From a bacterium (GTDB lineage: Bacteria; Zhuqueibacterota; Zhuqueibacteria; Oceanimicrobiales; Oceanimicrobiaceae): a DNA stretch of 40,909 nucleotides. The DNA lies in the NCBI GenBank assembly GCA_046757165.1, contig JBHHXT010000025.1:1-40909 (forward strand), read 5' to 3'. Positions 40,839 to 40,909 of the stretch are shown here, piece after piece. A program made the position numbers and the translations under genes. How positions within the stretch are numbered: the stretch's first letter is position 1; each line of letters starts with the position of its first letter. The notes below the pieces were generated by a model. It searched no databases and was not told the DNA's origin. It saw only the letters and a list, made by a program, of their open reading frames with translations.

Positions 40839-40909
40839 GTAGATAATCACGCGTTTTAGCAGTAATAAAGTAAAGCACTCATAATAAAGAATAAGTGGGT
40901 AAACTGAAA

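Overview
Bacterial chromosomal origin region; gene content suggests an FCB-group lineage such as KSB1/Calditrichota/Ignavibacteria (an inference). Most genes are on the minus strand, running leftward from a bipartite oriC: DnaA boxes flank dnaA, and the dnaA-dnaN gap holds tandem boxes, DnaA-trios and an AT-rich unwinding element. Order from right to left: a divergent TPR gene; dnaA-dnaN-recF-dciA-gyrB-gyrA; hypothetical, bioY, glycoside-hydrolase-like gene, SEC-C protein; a plus-strand block (anmK, GlmU-like, cNMP-binding protein, AI-2E transporter); rpmH-rnpA-yidD-yidC-mnmE-mnmG-rsmG with two perfect parS palindromes bracketing mnmG; then mfd, two parvulin PPIases, DUF456, DUF4159, DUF4175, a TPR protein and an exported GATase-like protein. 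The most unexplained element is a very GC-rich, about 121-bp-period degenerate palindromic tandem array at 3431-3794. Several REP-like palindromes occupy other intergenic gaps. No rRNA, tRNA, canonical CRISPR array or transposase was recognised. Family names come from motif recognition, not database searches.
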